Assembly: GCA_002269645.1 (NCBI GenBank) | Contig: NIVC01000288.1 | Coordinates: 124,001 to 188,000 of the forward strand | Length of the DNA: 64,000 nucleotides | Reading direction: 5' to 3' | Source of the DNA: Macrostomum lignano | Taxonomy: Eukaryota | In this document: positions 46,778-61,100 of the stretch, in pieces | How positions within the stretch are numbered: the stretch's first letter is position 1 | Layout: every line of letters begins with the position of its first letter | The notes under the pieces: model-generated | Databases searched by the model: none | The model's input: the letters and a program-made list of their open reading frames with translations, nothing else | Told to the model about the DNA's origin: nothing | Translations under genes and position numbers: made by a program

Positions 46778-48789
46778 TTCAATTAACCTTTTTTAGCACC
46801 AATATATTTAAGAAAAACAAACTGTACACTCCAAAGGCGGGTCAAAACAGTCCAGTAGAATTTCAAAAGTGCCAAGTACATAACGAAGGCAGTGAGAAAA
46901 AATTAGGCATGCTCTGCTCACAGTACTCTTAGCTCACGCTCCACCCCATTTCCAGCAAGGTGCACATTCAAGTTGGGTTTGTGCATTCTGATATAAAAAG
47001 CTTCAATAATCTTAAGTTTATGGTCAAATTTTCACCCATCCAGCACTTTAAAGAGCTGAATCGGTTCACTGTCACAACATTTTCAACTGAAGGGTCTAGG
47101 GTTGAAGGGGGTTGTAGGGTCTAGGGTTGAAGGGTCTAGGGTTGAAGGGTCTAGGGTTGAAGGGTCTAGGGTTGAAGAATCTAGGGTTGAAGGGTCTAGG
47201 GTTGAAGAATCTAGGGTTGAAGGGTCTAGGGTTGAAGGGTCTAGGGTTGAAGGGTCTAGGGTTGAAGGGGCTAGGGTTGAAGGGTCTAGGGTTGAAGGGT
47301 CTAGGGTTGAAGGGTCTAGGGTTGAAGAATCTAGGGTTGAAGGGTCTAGGGTTGAAGAATCTAGGGTTGAAGGGTCTAGGGTTGAAGGGTCTAGGGTTGA
47401 AGGGTCTAGGGTTGAAGGGTCTAGGGTTGAAGAATCTAGGGTTGAAGGGTCTAGGGTTGAAGAATCTAGGGTTGAAGGGGCTAGGGTTGAAGGGTCTAGG
47501 GTTGAAGGGTCTAGGGTTGAAGGGTCTAGGGTTGAAGGTGCTAGGGTTGAAGGGTCTAGGGTTGAAGGGTCTAGGGTTGAAGGGTCTAGGGTTGAAGGGT
47601 CTAGGGTTGAAGGGTCTAGGGTTGAAGGGTCTAGGGTTGAAGGGTCTAGGGTTGAAGGGTCTAGGGTTGAAGGGTCTAGGGTTGAAGGGTCTAGGGTTGA
47701 AGAGTCTAGGGTTGAAGGGCCTGGCAGAACAGCCATGACCCGAGAGGGTCCATGGTCATCGCCCTGATGTCCCTGCAGTAGGGTAGGCAGGGGAAGGGAG
47801 TTTGCAAGTTGAGTAAAAAAAACCCGGAAAACTTCCTTCGCGTTCTGCTTCGGTTAGCCATTCCAAGTTCTAGTTCCAGTTCTCCTTGATTTTGCTCAGA
47901 TAGACACTGCTTATTTCCCAGCCAATTATGCTATAGACAGCGGAATAACAAGGCCAGCTAGCACAGATTATAGTGGCTAAAACTTGAAGCAGCAAAGTCA
48001 TCTACAAGACTCCGGCCTTTTGTCCTCAAAAGTTATTAGCCTCCTTAACAGGGCCCAGTTTAGCAAGCTTCAAAGAAATCGCGAGAATTCATCATTAGGA
48101 AAAGACAAATTCACGGCCTCTTGCTAAAAAAGATTTCTTTCATGTGCTCATATTTATCTGGCGTAGAAAAAAGTTCTTGATAATAGAGATATCTGAATGA
48201 TATAACGGCTAAATGGAGAATTTTTCTGAGATCGACTTCGCTCTCTACTCAATCAATCATGCCAAAAGAACACGCGACTTCTGCTTCTCCTAGGAGAGCT
48301 GGTGGGTTGGACACAGTTTTTCTGCTTCTATATACTGGCATAAGCAGCAGTCTCTGTGCTCCATCACTCTTTCCTATCGCTATTCACAACTGATTAGTGC
48401 AGTCAAAGACTTACTAAGGACTTCGAGGAAGTCTAGGGGGGGGGGTCAGCTGGATCGAGTTTTTATTCCTCTGGGCAACGCAATTAGGTCCCGCTGATCA
48501 GCTGAGGAACTGCTTTTTTGCTTAAGACTTCTTGCAGGAGCAGAAAAAACTGTTAGAGCTACTGTGGGCGCTTTTCTTCCCAAAAGAATTATGAAATATT
48601 ATTGGGAGAGAAAATCCAATCTGATGGGGGAGGGTACAGTTTTATTGCTGCAACTATTTCTTAATATCCTTACTGCCGTTTCGCTTCAGTAATGGTGGAT
48701 GGGTACATGCGGCAGCTACCGCTTTGTAGCACGCAGAGGAGCGGGCCGCTGTTTTACAGATTGGGGAGATGGCACTGCAATATAGAAAA

Positions 48790-49760
48790 CAGGGAATTTC
48801 TATGGGATGGGGAATTTCTATGGGATGGGGAATTTCTATGGGACTGGGGAATTTCTAAGGGATGGGGAATTTCTATGGGATGGGGGAATTTCTATGGGAC
48901 TGGGGAATTTCTATGGGATGGGGAATTTCTATGGGATGGGGAATTTCTATGGGACTGGGGAATTTCTAAGGGATGGGGAATTTCTATAGGATGGGGGAAT
49001 TTCTGTCGAATGGGAATTTATATAGATTGGGGAACTTCTATAGGATGGGGGATTTCTTTGGGACGGGGAATTTCTATGGGAATAAGAATTTCTATAGGAT
49101 GGGAATTTCTATAGCACGGGGAACTTCTGTCGGACGAGGAAGAATTCCATAAGATGGGGAATTTCTATGGGATGGGGAATTTCTATGAGACTGAGAATCT
49201 CTATAGATGGGAATTTCTATGGAATGGGGAATTTCTGTAGGACGGGGAACTTCTGTGGGACGAGGAATATTTCTATGGGACAGGGAATTTCTATGGGATG
49301 GGGAATTTCTAAGGGATAGGAAATTTCTAAGGGATAGGGAATTTCTAACTGATGGGGATTTTTTATGGGATGACAATTTATATGGGATGGGGAATTTATA
49401 CGTGATGGGGAATTTATATGGGATGGGGAGTTTATATGGGATGGGGAATTTATATGGGATGGGGAATTTATGTGGGATGGGGAATTTATACGTGATGGGG
49501 AATATATATGGGATGGGGAATTTATATAGGATGGGGAATTTATACGTGATGGGGAATATATATGGGATGGGGAATTTATATGGGATGGGGAATTTATATA
49601 GGATGGGGAATTCATATGGGATGGGGAATTTATATGAGACAGGGAATTCTTGTGGGATGGGGAATTTATATTGGATGGGGAGTTCATATGGGATGGGGAA
49701 TTCATATGGGATGGGGAATTTATATGAGATGGGGAATTCATATGGGATGGGGAATTTCTT
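48790..49760. repeat. 18-bp minisatellite (GGGAATTT[C/A]TATGGGATG)n upstream of the GPCR
   Basis: Direct reading. Confidence 0.92.
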
Positions 49761-49905
49761 TGCCATTATAATGAACTGAGAAATCCCATAGCAAGGAAAC
49801 GGAAATACTAAGCAAAGGTTTCTAGAATTGGCGATTAATACAAAACTTTCATGCCAAGCAACACACGAGTCTCTCCCATCCCATCACCGCACAGCTCCCT
49901 ACAAA

Positions 49906-51904
<1,999 letters not shown>

Positions 51905-51977
51905 GCTGTGCTCAACTATACTGTTACTATAATGTGGAAGAATTCCGAGAATTGAATTTAAGACACGGCCAGCTATA

Positions 51978-52935
51978 TTCAACCCCAAGGACTACTCAAC
52001 CCCAAGGACTACTCAACCCCAAAGACGACTCAACCCCAAGGACTACTCAACCCCAAAGACGACTCAACCCCAAGGACTACTCAACCCCAAAGACTACTCA
52101 ACCCCAAGGTCTACTCAACCCCAAAGACTACTCAACCCCAAGGACTACTCAATCCCAATGACTACTCAACCCCAAGGACTACTCAACCCCAAGGACTACT
52201 CAATCCCAAGGACTACTCAACCCCAAGGACTACTCAATCCCAATGACTACTCAACCCCAAGGACTACTCAACCCCAAAGACTACTCAACCCCAAAGACTA
52301 CTCAACCCCAAAGACTACTCAACCCCAAAGACTACTCAACCCCAAAGACTACTCAACCCCAAGGACTACTCAACCCCAAGGACTACTCAACCCCAAGGAC
52401 TACTCAACCCCAAGGACTACTCAACCCCAAAGACTACTCAACCCCAAAGACTACTCAACCCCAAGGACTACTCAACCCCAAAGACTACTCAACCCCAAGG
52501 TCTACTCAACCCCAAGGACTACTCAACCCCAAAGACTACTCAACCCCAAGGACTACTCAATCCCAAGGACTACTCAACCCCAAGGACTACTCAACCCCAA
52601 GGACTACTCAACCCCAAGGACTACTCAACCCCAAGGTCTACTCAACCCCAAAGACTACTCAACCCCAAAGACTACTCAACCCCAAGGACTACTCAACCCC
52701 AAGGACTACTCAACCCCAAAGACTACTCAATCCCAAGGACTACTCAACCCCAAAGACTACTCAATCCCAAGGACTACTCAACCCCAAAGACTACTCAACC
52801 CCAAAGACTACTCAACCCCAAGGACTACTCAATCCCAAGGACTACTCAACCCCAAGGACTACTCAACCCCAAGGACTACTCAACCCCAAGGACTACTCAA
52901 CCCCAAGGACTACTCAACCCCAAGGACTACTCAAG
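51978..52935. repeat. 17-bp minisatellite (ACTACTCAACCCCAAGG)n downstream of the GPCR stop
   Basis: Direct reading. Confidence 0.95.
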
Positions 52936-53034
52936 TAGAAGGATAGAAGGAAACCTCGTTTCTAAAAAATTTTAGGAGACAGGTTTTCACCGAAAAATAC
53001 ACTACGGAGATAGGAAGTTTTTTTTTCCATTTTT

Positions 53035-53459
53035 TTCAGCACAAAAACTGCTATTGCTTTTGATAGGAGGCAGATCCAGTGTGCATCTTTTGATATGTTG
53101 TGCCTTTCTTATGGCTCTATGGATATAAATAAAGATTCTATGCTTATACTTTATATTCTACGTACATTCCCTGTAATAAAAATCACAGCTCAATTCACTG
53201 GTTCAATCGAATCTATTATACCATTTTCTGTTGCATACATTGTTACAGAGTCAGCTAAGAATGATAAAATAGATTCATAGAACCAATGAGCCGAGCCGTG
53301 CCATAGTTTAATGGTTTTTAGGTACAGGAAATGTACAGTTCTACGTAGAATAAAAATTAACAAAGAATCCTAATTGTCTGCATGAAAAGCTTATAGTAAT
53401 ACTAATAATAAACATTTTATCTGCTTCCTATCGAAAGCAATAACAATTTTTGTGCTGAA
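53035..53459. mobile_element. Putative MITE or DNA-transposon remnant with ~41-bp imperfect inverted repeats
   Basis: TTCAGCACAAAAACTGCTATTGCTTTTGATAGGAGGCAGAT (53035-53075) versus the reverse complement of 53419-53459, TTCAGCACAAAAATTGTTATTGCTTTCGATAGGAAGCAGAT; no TSD identified. Confidence 0.5.
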
Positions 53460-54520
53460 TAAACGATTGTCTATGGCTTAAACTCAATGCTTTGCCTGTG
53501 CCTGAGCCACAGACCATAGATGAAGTTTTGACCATGGACGAAAGTGGAAACGATTGGCTGTGTCTTAAAATTAATGCTGGGAATTCCTAAATAAAACTAA
53601 AAATAAGGCTATTTAGAGCTAGTAGTGACCCCGAAGCACTCTTAGGTAGCTTACCCACCAGCAATTCAATGATTAATGATAGGTCGCTTGCGTGCAGCAA
53701 AATATTTGGCACAAAATATTAATTCAACTCATTCCTTCCCACTATAATCTAGTAGATGGTCGGATATAAGACCAAACGTAACCTTATATACACGTATATG
53801 TAATCATGGATTCGGCAACCCGGTTGAAAATATATACCAATATTAATTGACTTTGTAAATATGCATTCTCGTTGTGCAGGTTATACGAGCTATATTTATT
53901 AAAATAGTTGATCAAATCAACCAATATTTTAGTTTTTTTAGTTCCTAAAAGTGCACTAATTTTATGCTCACGAGGTTGAAATTACTAGAAAAATTGCCTA
54001 TTAAGTTACATAGCTAGTTCGTAGTTGTAGCAGTATTATCAATATTTTATTTCCAATGCACCAATGTGTAACGCAATTCGTTATTTACACTTGAATAATT
54101 CAACATGAAATTATTGCAATAAATTTATGTTTAGCAGTAGGGGTAAGCAGATGCTCGTTCTGGAATCTGTGAAATCCAAAAAAAGTTCAAAATTCCACTT
54201 AGCTCAGCTGATTTTGGCTTCCTGACTTTTCGTGTTTTGTTTTTTCATCAAGCCTCACAAATTCAAATACCCCGCTTAAATTTCCTCAACCTTCCCCTTT
54301 TAAATCGATTATTTGTTTCAGATACTAGCTATATCATTACTTTTGTTGACGATTGTAAAAATCCTATATACTAAAAATAAGAACTAAAAAGTTTAATGGT
54401 CTTCGGCCGTCTGTGCATCGGGGAAGGGGCTCCGTGACCCATGACCTTCCTTTGTCGGACTAATGTATTCAATATTTCGTCGTGTACTAATCATGTCAAT
54501 GTATTTTGAAGCCTTATAAC

Positions 54521-54815
54521 TTTTATTACACCTGCCCTGATGGCCAGATGTGCAACCGACAGCTCAGCCGCAGCTATTGCGCGGCGCATCTGAAGGCTGC
54601 GTACGGCTGTTCAGTCCAAGGACTGGGGGGTCGCCACACACACCCTCAATTACCCCAGCTAATGCTGGCACCCATTTTACAGCTGGGTGAACTGAAGCAA
54701 TGCAGAGTTAAGTGTCTTGCTCAAGGACAGTTAAAATTGTTCCGAGTGGGTCGAGAATCGAACCCCCGACCTTTTAGCCGCGAGTCCGACGCCCTAACCA
54801 CTAAGGCTACAGACC
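54521..54815 (-). mobile_element. SINE copy 3, with the best-preserved tRNA-like head
   Basis: Head GGTCTGTAGCCTTAGTGGTTAGGGCGTCGGACTCGCGGCTAAAAGGTCGGGGGTTCGATTC (tRNA-Arg-like by recall); body homologous to copy 1. Confidence 0.85.
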
Positions 54816-55499
54816 CCTTGATGAATAATGAATAAGTTTTGCGCAGACTTGAAGGTAAGCACACACGCAGGCCATTCTAAAGCAGAACACGTTGGCTGCA
54901 TCCTTAAAAAATGGGTTCAAGTTATACCTGGCCAGAGGAAATTGGATTGGAAAGTTATAGACATTGCAGTAGCAAATAATAACTATGTTTTACAAAATCT
55001 CAGCCGTATAGCAATTGCCGCGTTCTTTCCGGGCTGGCAGGGTAGCAGGGCAGGAAGTACAGTTCGGGCTCGTAAATTTCTAACTGCTAATCGAGCAAAT
55101 CTACGGCTCGTGTGTCGATCTCCATAAGGTCTTGTCGATGCACACCTATCAATCATTTCAACTTTATCTGCAGCTACAAAATATATAGATTATAGCAATA
55201 TGCAGCATATAGCGATGCAGCATGCCACGTATTCCCTAAAGTTCTCATAATTGGCCACAATCGATGATCGGGCCGCTAAATCCCCAGGCAAAACTAATAG
55301 AATTACGCGTACATGTAGTATTGTTGGTTTTGTCAATAAAGTTGATAAATTAAGCCAATCAAGAAGCAAGTGTTCAGAATCCCCATTTACTGCCATTAAA
55401 CTGTAATCAACCAGTTCTAAGCTTATCAAGCAGATAATTCCATTAAAAATCAGCACCAGGAAATATCAAGACTGTGGGAGACTGCAAGCTTGATTAACT

Positions 55500-56570
55500 T
55501 TATTGTCTATAGCCGAGTGCAGTTCTGTGGCGTCAGTGGCTTTTATTGGCTTTATTGTCTATAGCCGAGTGCAGTTCCGTGGCGTCAGTGGCTTTGATTG
55601 GCTTTATTGTCTATGGCCGAGTGCAGTTCTGTGGCGTCAGTGGCTTTGATTGGCTTTATTGTCTATAGCCGAGTGTAGTTCTGTGGCGTCAGTGGCTTTG
55701 ATTGGCTTTATTGTCTATGGCCGAGTGCAGTTCTGTGACAGTGGCTTTGATTGGCTCTATTGTCTATGGCCGAGTGCAGTTCTGTGGCGTCAGTGGCTTT
55801 GATTGGCTTTATTGTCTATGGCCGAGTGCAGTTCTGTGGCGTCAGTGGCTTTGATTGGCTTTATTGTCTATGGCCGAGTGCAGTTCTGTGGCGTCAGTGG
55901 CTTTGATTGGCTTTATTGTCTATGGTCGAGTGCAGTTCTGTGGCGTCAGTGGCTTTGATTGGCTTTATTGTCTATGGCCGAGTGTAGTTCTGTGACAGTG
56001 GCTTTGATTGGCTTTATTGTCTATGGCCGAGTGCAGTTCTGTGGCGTCAGTGGCTTTGATTGGCTTTATTGTCTATGGCCGAGTGCAGTTCTGTGGCGTC
56101 AGTGGCTTTGATTGGCTTTATTGTCTATGGCCGAGTGCAGTTCTGAGCGTCAGTGGCTTTTATTGGCTTTATTGTCTATGGCCGAGTGCAGTTCTGTGGC
56201 AGTGTGGCTTTGATTGGCTTTATTGTCTATGGCCGAGTGCAGTTCTGTGGAAGTGTGGCTTTTATTGGCTTTATTGTCTATGGCCGAGTGCAGTTCTGTG
56301 GAAGTGTGGCTTTGATTGGCTTTATTGTCTATGGCCGAGTGCAGTTCTGAGCGTCAGTGGCTTTGATTGGCTTTATTGTCTATGGCCGAGTGCAGTTCTG
56401 TGGCAGTGTGGCTTTGATTGGCTTTATTGTCTATGGCCGAGTGCAGTTCTGTGGCAGTGTGGCTTTATTGTCTATGGCCGAGTGTAGTTCTGTGACGTCA
56501 GTGCATGGCCTTGATTGGCTTTATTGTCTATGGCCGAGTGTAGCTCTGGCAGTGGCTTTATTGTCTTATC
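55500..56570. repeat. 52-bp minisatellite (GGCTTTGATTGGCTTTATTGTCTATGGCCGAGTGCAGTTCTGTGGCGTCAGT)n
   Basis: Period 52 measured between ATAGCCGAGT at 55509 and 55561. Confidence 0.94.
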
Positions 56571-57414
56571 AAATTTATTTCATTTACACAAAGTGAATGC
56601 GGGGGGGGGGGGCAGCTGTCCCCTTGCTTATACCAGCTATGATTATACCTTAACTACAATTGGGGAGTAATCCAGGGGAGGTCAGGGGGTTAAGCTACGA
56701 GCTCGTACATGCCCTCTTAGTGAACACAAGGGTTGTCTTTTACCAGAGGTCCAGAGCCAATTGTCCATCTTGAAAAATGAGCCTATAATTGTTAAAAGTG
56801 TCTCAAATTTGAAGTATAAAGTGTAAGTTTGTAGGAGCGATCTGGTCCCACCCATGTAAGATCAGGCAACAGTACTTTGTCTGAAAGTCTTCGAAATCCC
56901 TACGATCGCGAAAGAACCGCATGCAGAAAAGGCGAACGAGTGCTCGCGAAAAAAAGACATATAAATTTATTTGCGTGTCAACTCGACCTTCGAATGGATT
57001 TGAATCGAACGCGGGGTCCAATCGTCACAAACCCCCATACAAGCATTGATACAGAGATGAATCCTCAAAGCGTTAATGTATCGGTTTTTCCCGGCTCTTT
57101 ATTTCTTTCCTTCTTTGCACACGGTATTGCTAAGGAAATGACGAAATAAAAATCCCCTCCGACAACCCCCTAGCCCTTCCAGTGGCCGTCAAGCAGCGGA
57201 CAGAGGATTAAAGATAATGCTCGTAAAGTACAACATGCTGAAAGACGAACCGAATGAAGCATTTTGTGCCTGGCTGCTCGCGGAAATGGGAATATCCAAG
57301 ATTTGGATGGCTTTATATATAAAGTCGTGTTATGTAACAGAACGCTCTGAACAAAATCTCGGTTTTATAATGATCAAGCTCTCACATGACCACCTGCCGT
57401 GTTTCTCAGACAGA

Positions 57415-57670
57415 TTAATGCTGACCTGCTGAGTCACATGATGCTGATGGAGTTTGAGCAACTGTGCTTAGTGTATCAATGCTGGCTGACCTGCTGAGTC
57501 ACATGATGCTGATGGAGTTTGAGCAGCTGTGCTCAGTGTATCAATGCTGGCTGACCTGCTGAGTCACATGATGCTGATGGAGTTTGAGCAACTGTGCTTA
57601 GTGTATCAATGCTGGCTGACCTGCTGAGTCACATGATGCTGATGGAGTTTGAGCAGCTGTGCTCAGTGTA
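57415..57670. repeat. 65-bp tandem repeat, about 4 units with alternating A/B variants
   Basis: CTGACCTG at 57421, 57486, 57551, 57616. Confidence 0.93.
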
Positions 57671-57742
57671 CAAACCCAATACATGGAAATAAGCAAGACA
57701 CAGCAAAGAACTGATCGTGAAAGAATACTGTTTAAAGTGAAC

Positions 57743-57748
57743 TTTAAT
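57743..57748 (-). terminator. Candidate poly(A) signal (ATTAAA) of CDK8
   Basis: TTTAAT on the plus strand about 420 nt past the stop, at the end of an AT-rich UTR-like stretch. Confidence 0.4.
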
Positions 57749-58167
57749 CGCTACATTTCAAGCATATTGGCAAGGCAAATTATACAAAACATGATTCATA
57801 CATAATGCTGCATTTGATACAACAAACAAAATTAACAATCAATAACATGTTTACACAAGCGAGCAATTGTATAGACAGAAAAGCAACATACAGATAACTC
57901 AGATTCAAACGGGAATCGAACCCCTAGCTAACTAAATCCAAATAAAAAATCGACTCAAAATTTTTTATACGAAATAGATGCGAGTTTTATCAGAAAAGTT
58001 TTTCCAATTTCATACTCGTAGAACAGACAGGCTAGTGCGTGGTTTTAATTAAATCCAAAGCATGCGAAATAACAGCATTTATACAAAATGGTCGAACAAA
58101 ATGGTAGGATAATCAATTAGTGCTTAGACAAATAAGAGTAAGTAAATAAAGCAAGTTAAAGTCCTGC

Positions 58168-61100
58168 TCAGTTGTACTTTTGTCCGCCAACGCCAAAGTT
58201 GGGTTGCTGGCCGAATCGATTCTGTTGGAATCTTTTCTGCTGCTGACTTGAATGCGCCGGTTGTAAAAAGCCTTGCTGCTGCTGCTGCTGATGATGGTGG
58301 TGGTGGTGGTCAGGATGCTGCGCCGGAATCTGCATCCGGCCTCGCTTGGCTGCTGGCTCGCCCGACATCATCGAGGAAGACTGCTGCTGGGAGGAGATCT
58401 GCGACATTCCACTGCTGCCTGCCTGCCCTGCCTGCAGGTGCTGCTGCTGCGGGTTCAGGGTGGGGATCCTTCAGTGCCTGCTGCCATTGCCCTCAGATCC
58501 TTCAGTGCCTGCTGCCCCTCCCCTCAGATCCTTCAGTGCCTGCTGCCTCTCCCCTCAGATCCTTCAGTGCCTGCTGCCCCTCCCCTCAGATCCTTCAGTG
58601 CCTGCTGCCCCTCCCCTCAGATCCTTCAGTGCCTGCTGCCTCTCCCCTCAGATCCTTCAGTGCCTGCTGCCCCTCCCCTCAGATCCTTCAGTGCCTGCTG
58701 CCCCTCCCCTCAGATCCTTCAGTGCCTGCTGCCTCTCCCCTCAGATCCTTCAGTGCCTGCTGCCCCTCCCCTCAGATCCTTCAGTGCCTGCTGCCCCTCC
58801 CCTCAGATCCTCCAGTTTCTGTTGCAACTCTCCTTCCTGGCATCCCCACAAAACACGAGACGCAACCAAGACAGCAATTCCCCAGCAACCAAGAAAGCAA
58901 TTCCCCAGCAACCAAGACAGCAATTCCCCAGCAACCAAGACAACAATTCCCCAGCAACCAAGACAGCAATTCCCCACCAACCAAAACAGCAATTCCCCAG
59001 CAACCAAGACAGCAATTCCCCAGCAACCAAAACAGCAATTCCCCAGCAACCAAAACAGCAATTCCCCAGCAACCAAGACAGCAATTCCCCAGCAACCAAA
59101 ACAGCAATTCCCCAGCAACCAAAACAGCAATTCCCCAGCAACCAACCCTCTGGAGCAGTTTCTCCTTGTCGTCCGCATCGTCATCGCTGATGAACTCGCG
59201 CTTGCTGTAGGGAATTTCCATGCCCTCGAAGACGTCATGAGACGGTTTCGGATCTTCGAGAAAGTACCGATCTTCCATAGCGTCCTTGGCGGTGATCCGT
59301 TTCAACGGGTCCATTGTGAGCAGCTTGCTGAGCAGTTTAAACTCCACGGCATTGGAGGTGATGCCGTATTTTCGTTCCATGAAAGCTTCTAGGCTGCACT
59401 TGGCATAGTTGCCGCCTTTGAAGTTTCTGTTTGAAGATAATGCAATGTTTTTTTAATTAGTTTGCCACCCAAAGTATAAAGTCGAAAGTGCTCATAACAG
59501 TGCTCATTATTGAGTACGAATGTTTTCTTAAATTGCTTCTTTGTTGAATTGTAGACTATTAGAAGGGAATTTATAAACTGTAGACGAAAATTATGAATTA
59601 ATTGAAGGCTAATTACGAATAAATGGAGAGGAATCGATCGAGGGGAATTACGAATCATTTGAAGAGAATAATGAATCAATTGAGGGAATTACGAATCAAT
59701 TGAGGGAATCCCGAACGAATTGAAGCGAATTACGAATCGATTGGAAGGAATTATGAATCAATTAGGGGGATTATGAATAAATTAGAGGCGAATTAAGAAT
59801 CAACTGAGGGGAATTAAGAATGAATTGAGCGGAATTACGAATCGATTGGAGGGAATTACGAATCAATTAGAGGGGAATTACGAATCAATTGAGGGTAACC
59901 AGGAATGAAGGGGAATTACGAATGAATGAAGTGGAATTACGAATGAATTGCGGGGAATTACGAATGAATGAAGGGGAATTACGAATGAATGAAGGGGAAT
60001 TACGAATCAATTGAAGGGAATTACGAATGAATTGCGGGGAATTACGAATTAATTGAAGGGAATAACGAATGAAGTGAGGCGAATTACGAATATTTATAGA
60101 AGAATTTTGAATTTGTTAAGACTAGCAGTGCTGCTCACCGAGTCATCCGAGAGTACTCCGGCATGTGAACAATATCACGCCAGTCCTGCTCCTTGGGATA
60201 GCCCATGACGCTGAATATCCTATCCAACTGGTCGTGATGATACGGCTGACTAGTCTTAATATCCTCCTGTCGGCAATGGAAGATCGGCTCATAGGTGAGC
60301 AGCTCCGCCATGATGCAGCCGATGGCCCACAGGTCGATAGCTTTGGTGTAGTGCCTGGCCCCTAGCAACAGCTCCGGGGCTCGGTACCAGAATGTCACCA
60401 CCACTGGATCCAGTTCGGCTAGAGGTTTCAGAGGCTGGTTAAATAGGCGGGCAAAGCCCATGTCGGCGATTTTCACCCGGCCTCGCTCGGGCCCGTTGCC
60501 CATCACCAGAATGTTGGCCGGCTGTGGGAGCGGCAAGGCGATGGAGCTGTTACTGGCTTGTGCTTGGGGCTTTCTGCTGTATAGAATGGGGTCACGGGGT
60601 CCAAGGGGGTCAGAGCGGGGCTTAAAGTGGAAGGGTCAGAGTGACACTAAAAGGGGACATGGGGTCAGAGTGACACTAAAAGGGGACATGGGGTCAGAGT
60701 GACACTGAAAGGGGACAGGGGTCAGAGCGGCACTAAAAAGTGGAAGGGTCAGAGTGACACTAAAAGGGGACAGAGGGGGTCAGAGTGACACTAAAAGGGG
60801 ACATGGGGTCAGAGTGACACTGAAAGGGGACAGGGGTCAGAGCGGCACTAAAAAGTGGAAGGGTCAGAGTGACACTAAAAGGGGACAGAGGGGGTCAGAG
60901 TGACACTAAAAGGGGACATGGGGTCAGAGTGACACTAGAAAGGGGACATGGGGTCAGAGTGACACTAAAAGGGGACATGGGGTCAGAGTGACACTAAAAG
61001 GGGACATGGGGCCAGAGTGACACTAAAAAGGGGACATGGGTCAGAGTGGCACTGAAAGGGGACATGGGGTCAGAGTGACACTAAAAGGGGACATGGGGTC

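Larger units (their letters stand above)
41787..47720 (+). repeat. Four arrays of the 15-mer (GGGTTGAAGGGTCTA)n: 41787-42577, 44068-44940, 46444-46689, 47086-47720
   Basis: Direct reading; all in the same orientation, with G-triplets every 7-8 nt. Confidence 0.95.

Noticed and set aside
41787-47720. Repeat-spacer-repeat layout suggestive of CRISPR
   Set aside because: Eukaryotic context, the repeats are tandem arrays, the spacers are 0.4-1.5 kb and duplicated, and there are no cas genes.
41766-47767. (LKGLG)n, (FNPRP)n and (RVEGS)n ORFs that resemble neuropeptide precursors or LRRs
   Set aside because: Several frames on both strands are open because of the 15-bp period; no signal peptide, splice sites or dibasic cleavage pattern.
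54545-54610. HDV-like ribozyme reading of the SINE tail on the plus strand
   Set aside because: A 7-bp P1 and a P2 can be drawn, but L3 lacks the UCC/P1.1 partner, no GG follows P1, and G1 is A in copy 1.
54745-54815. Possible tRNA gene
   Set aside because: It continues directly into the SINE body, and the acceptor and anticodon stems do not pair; this is a SINE head.
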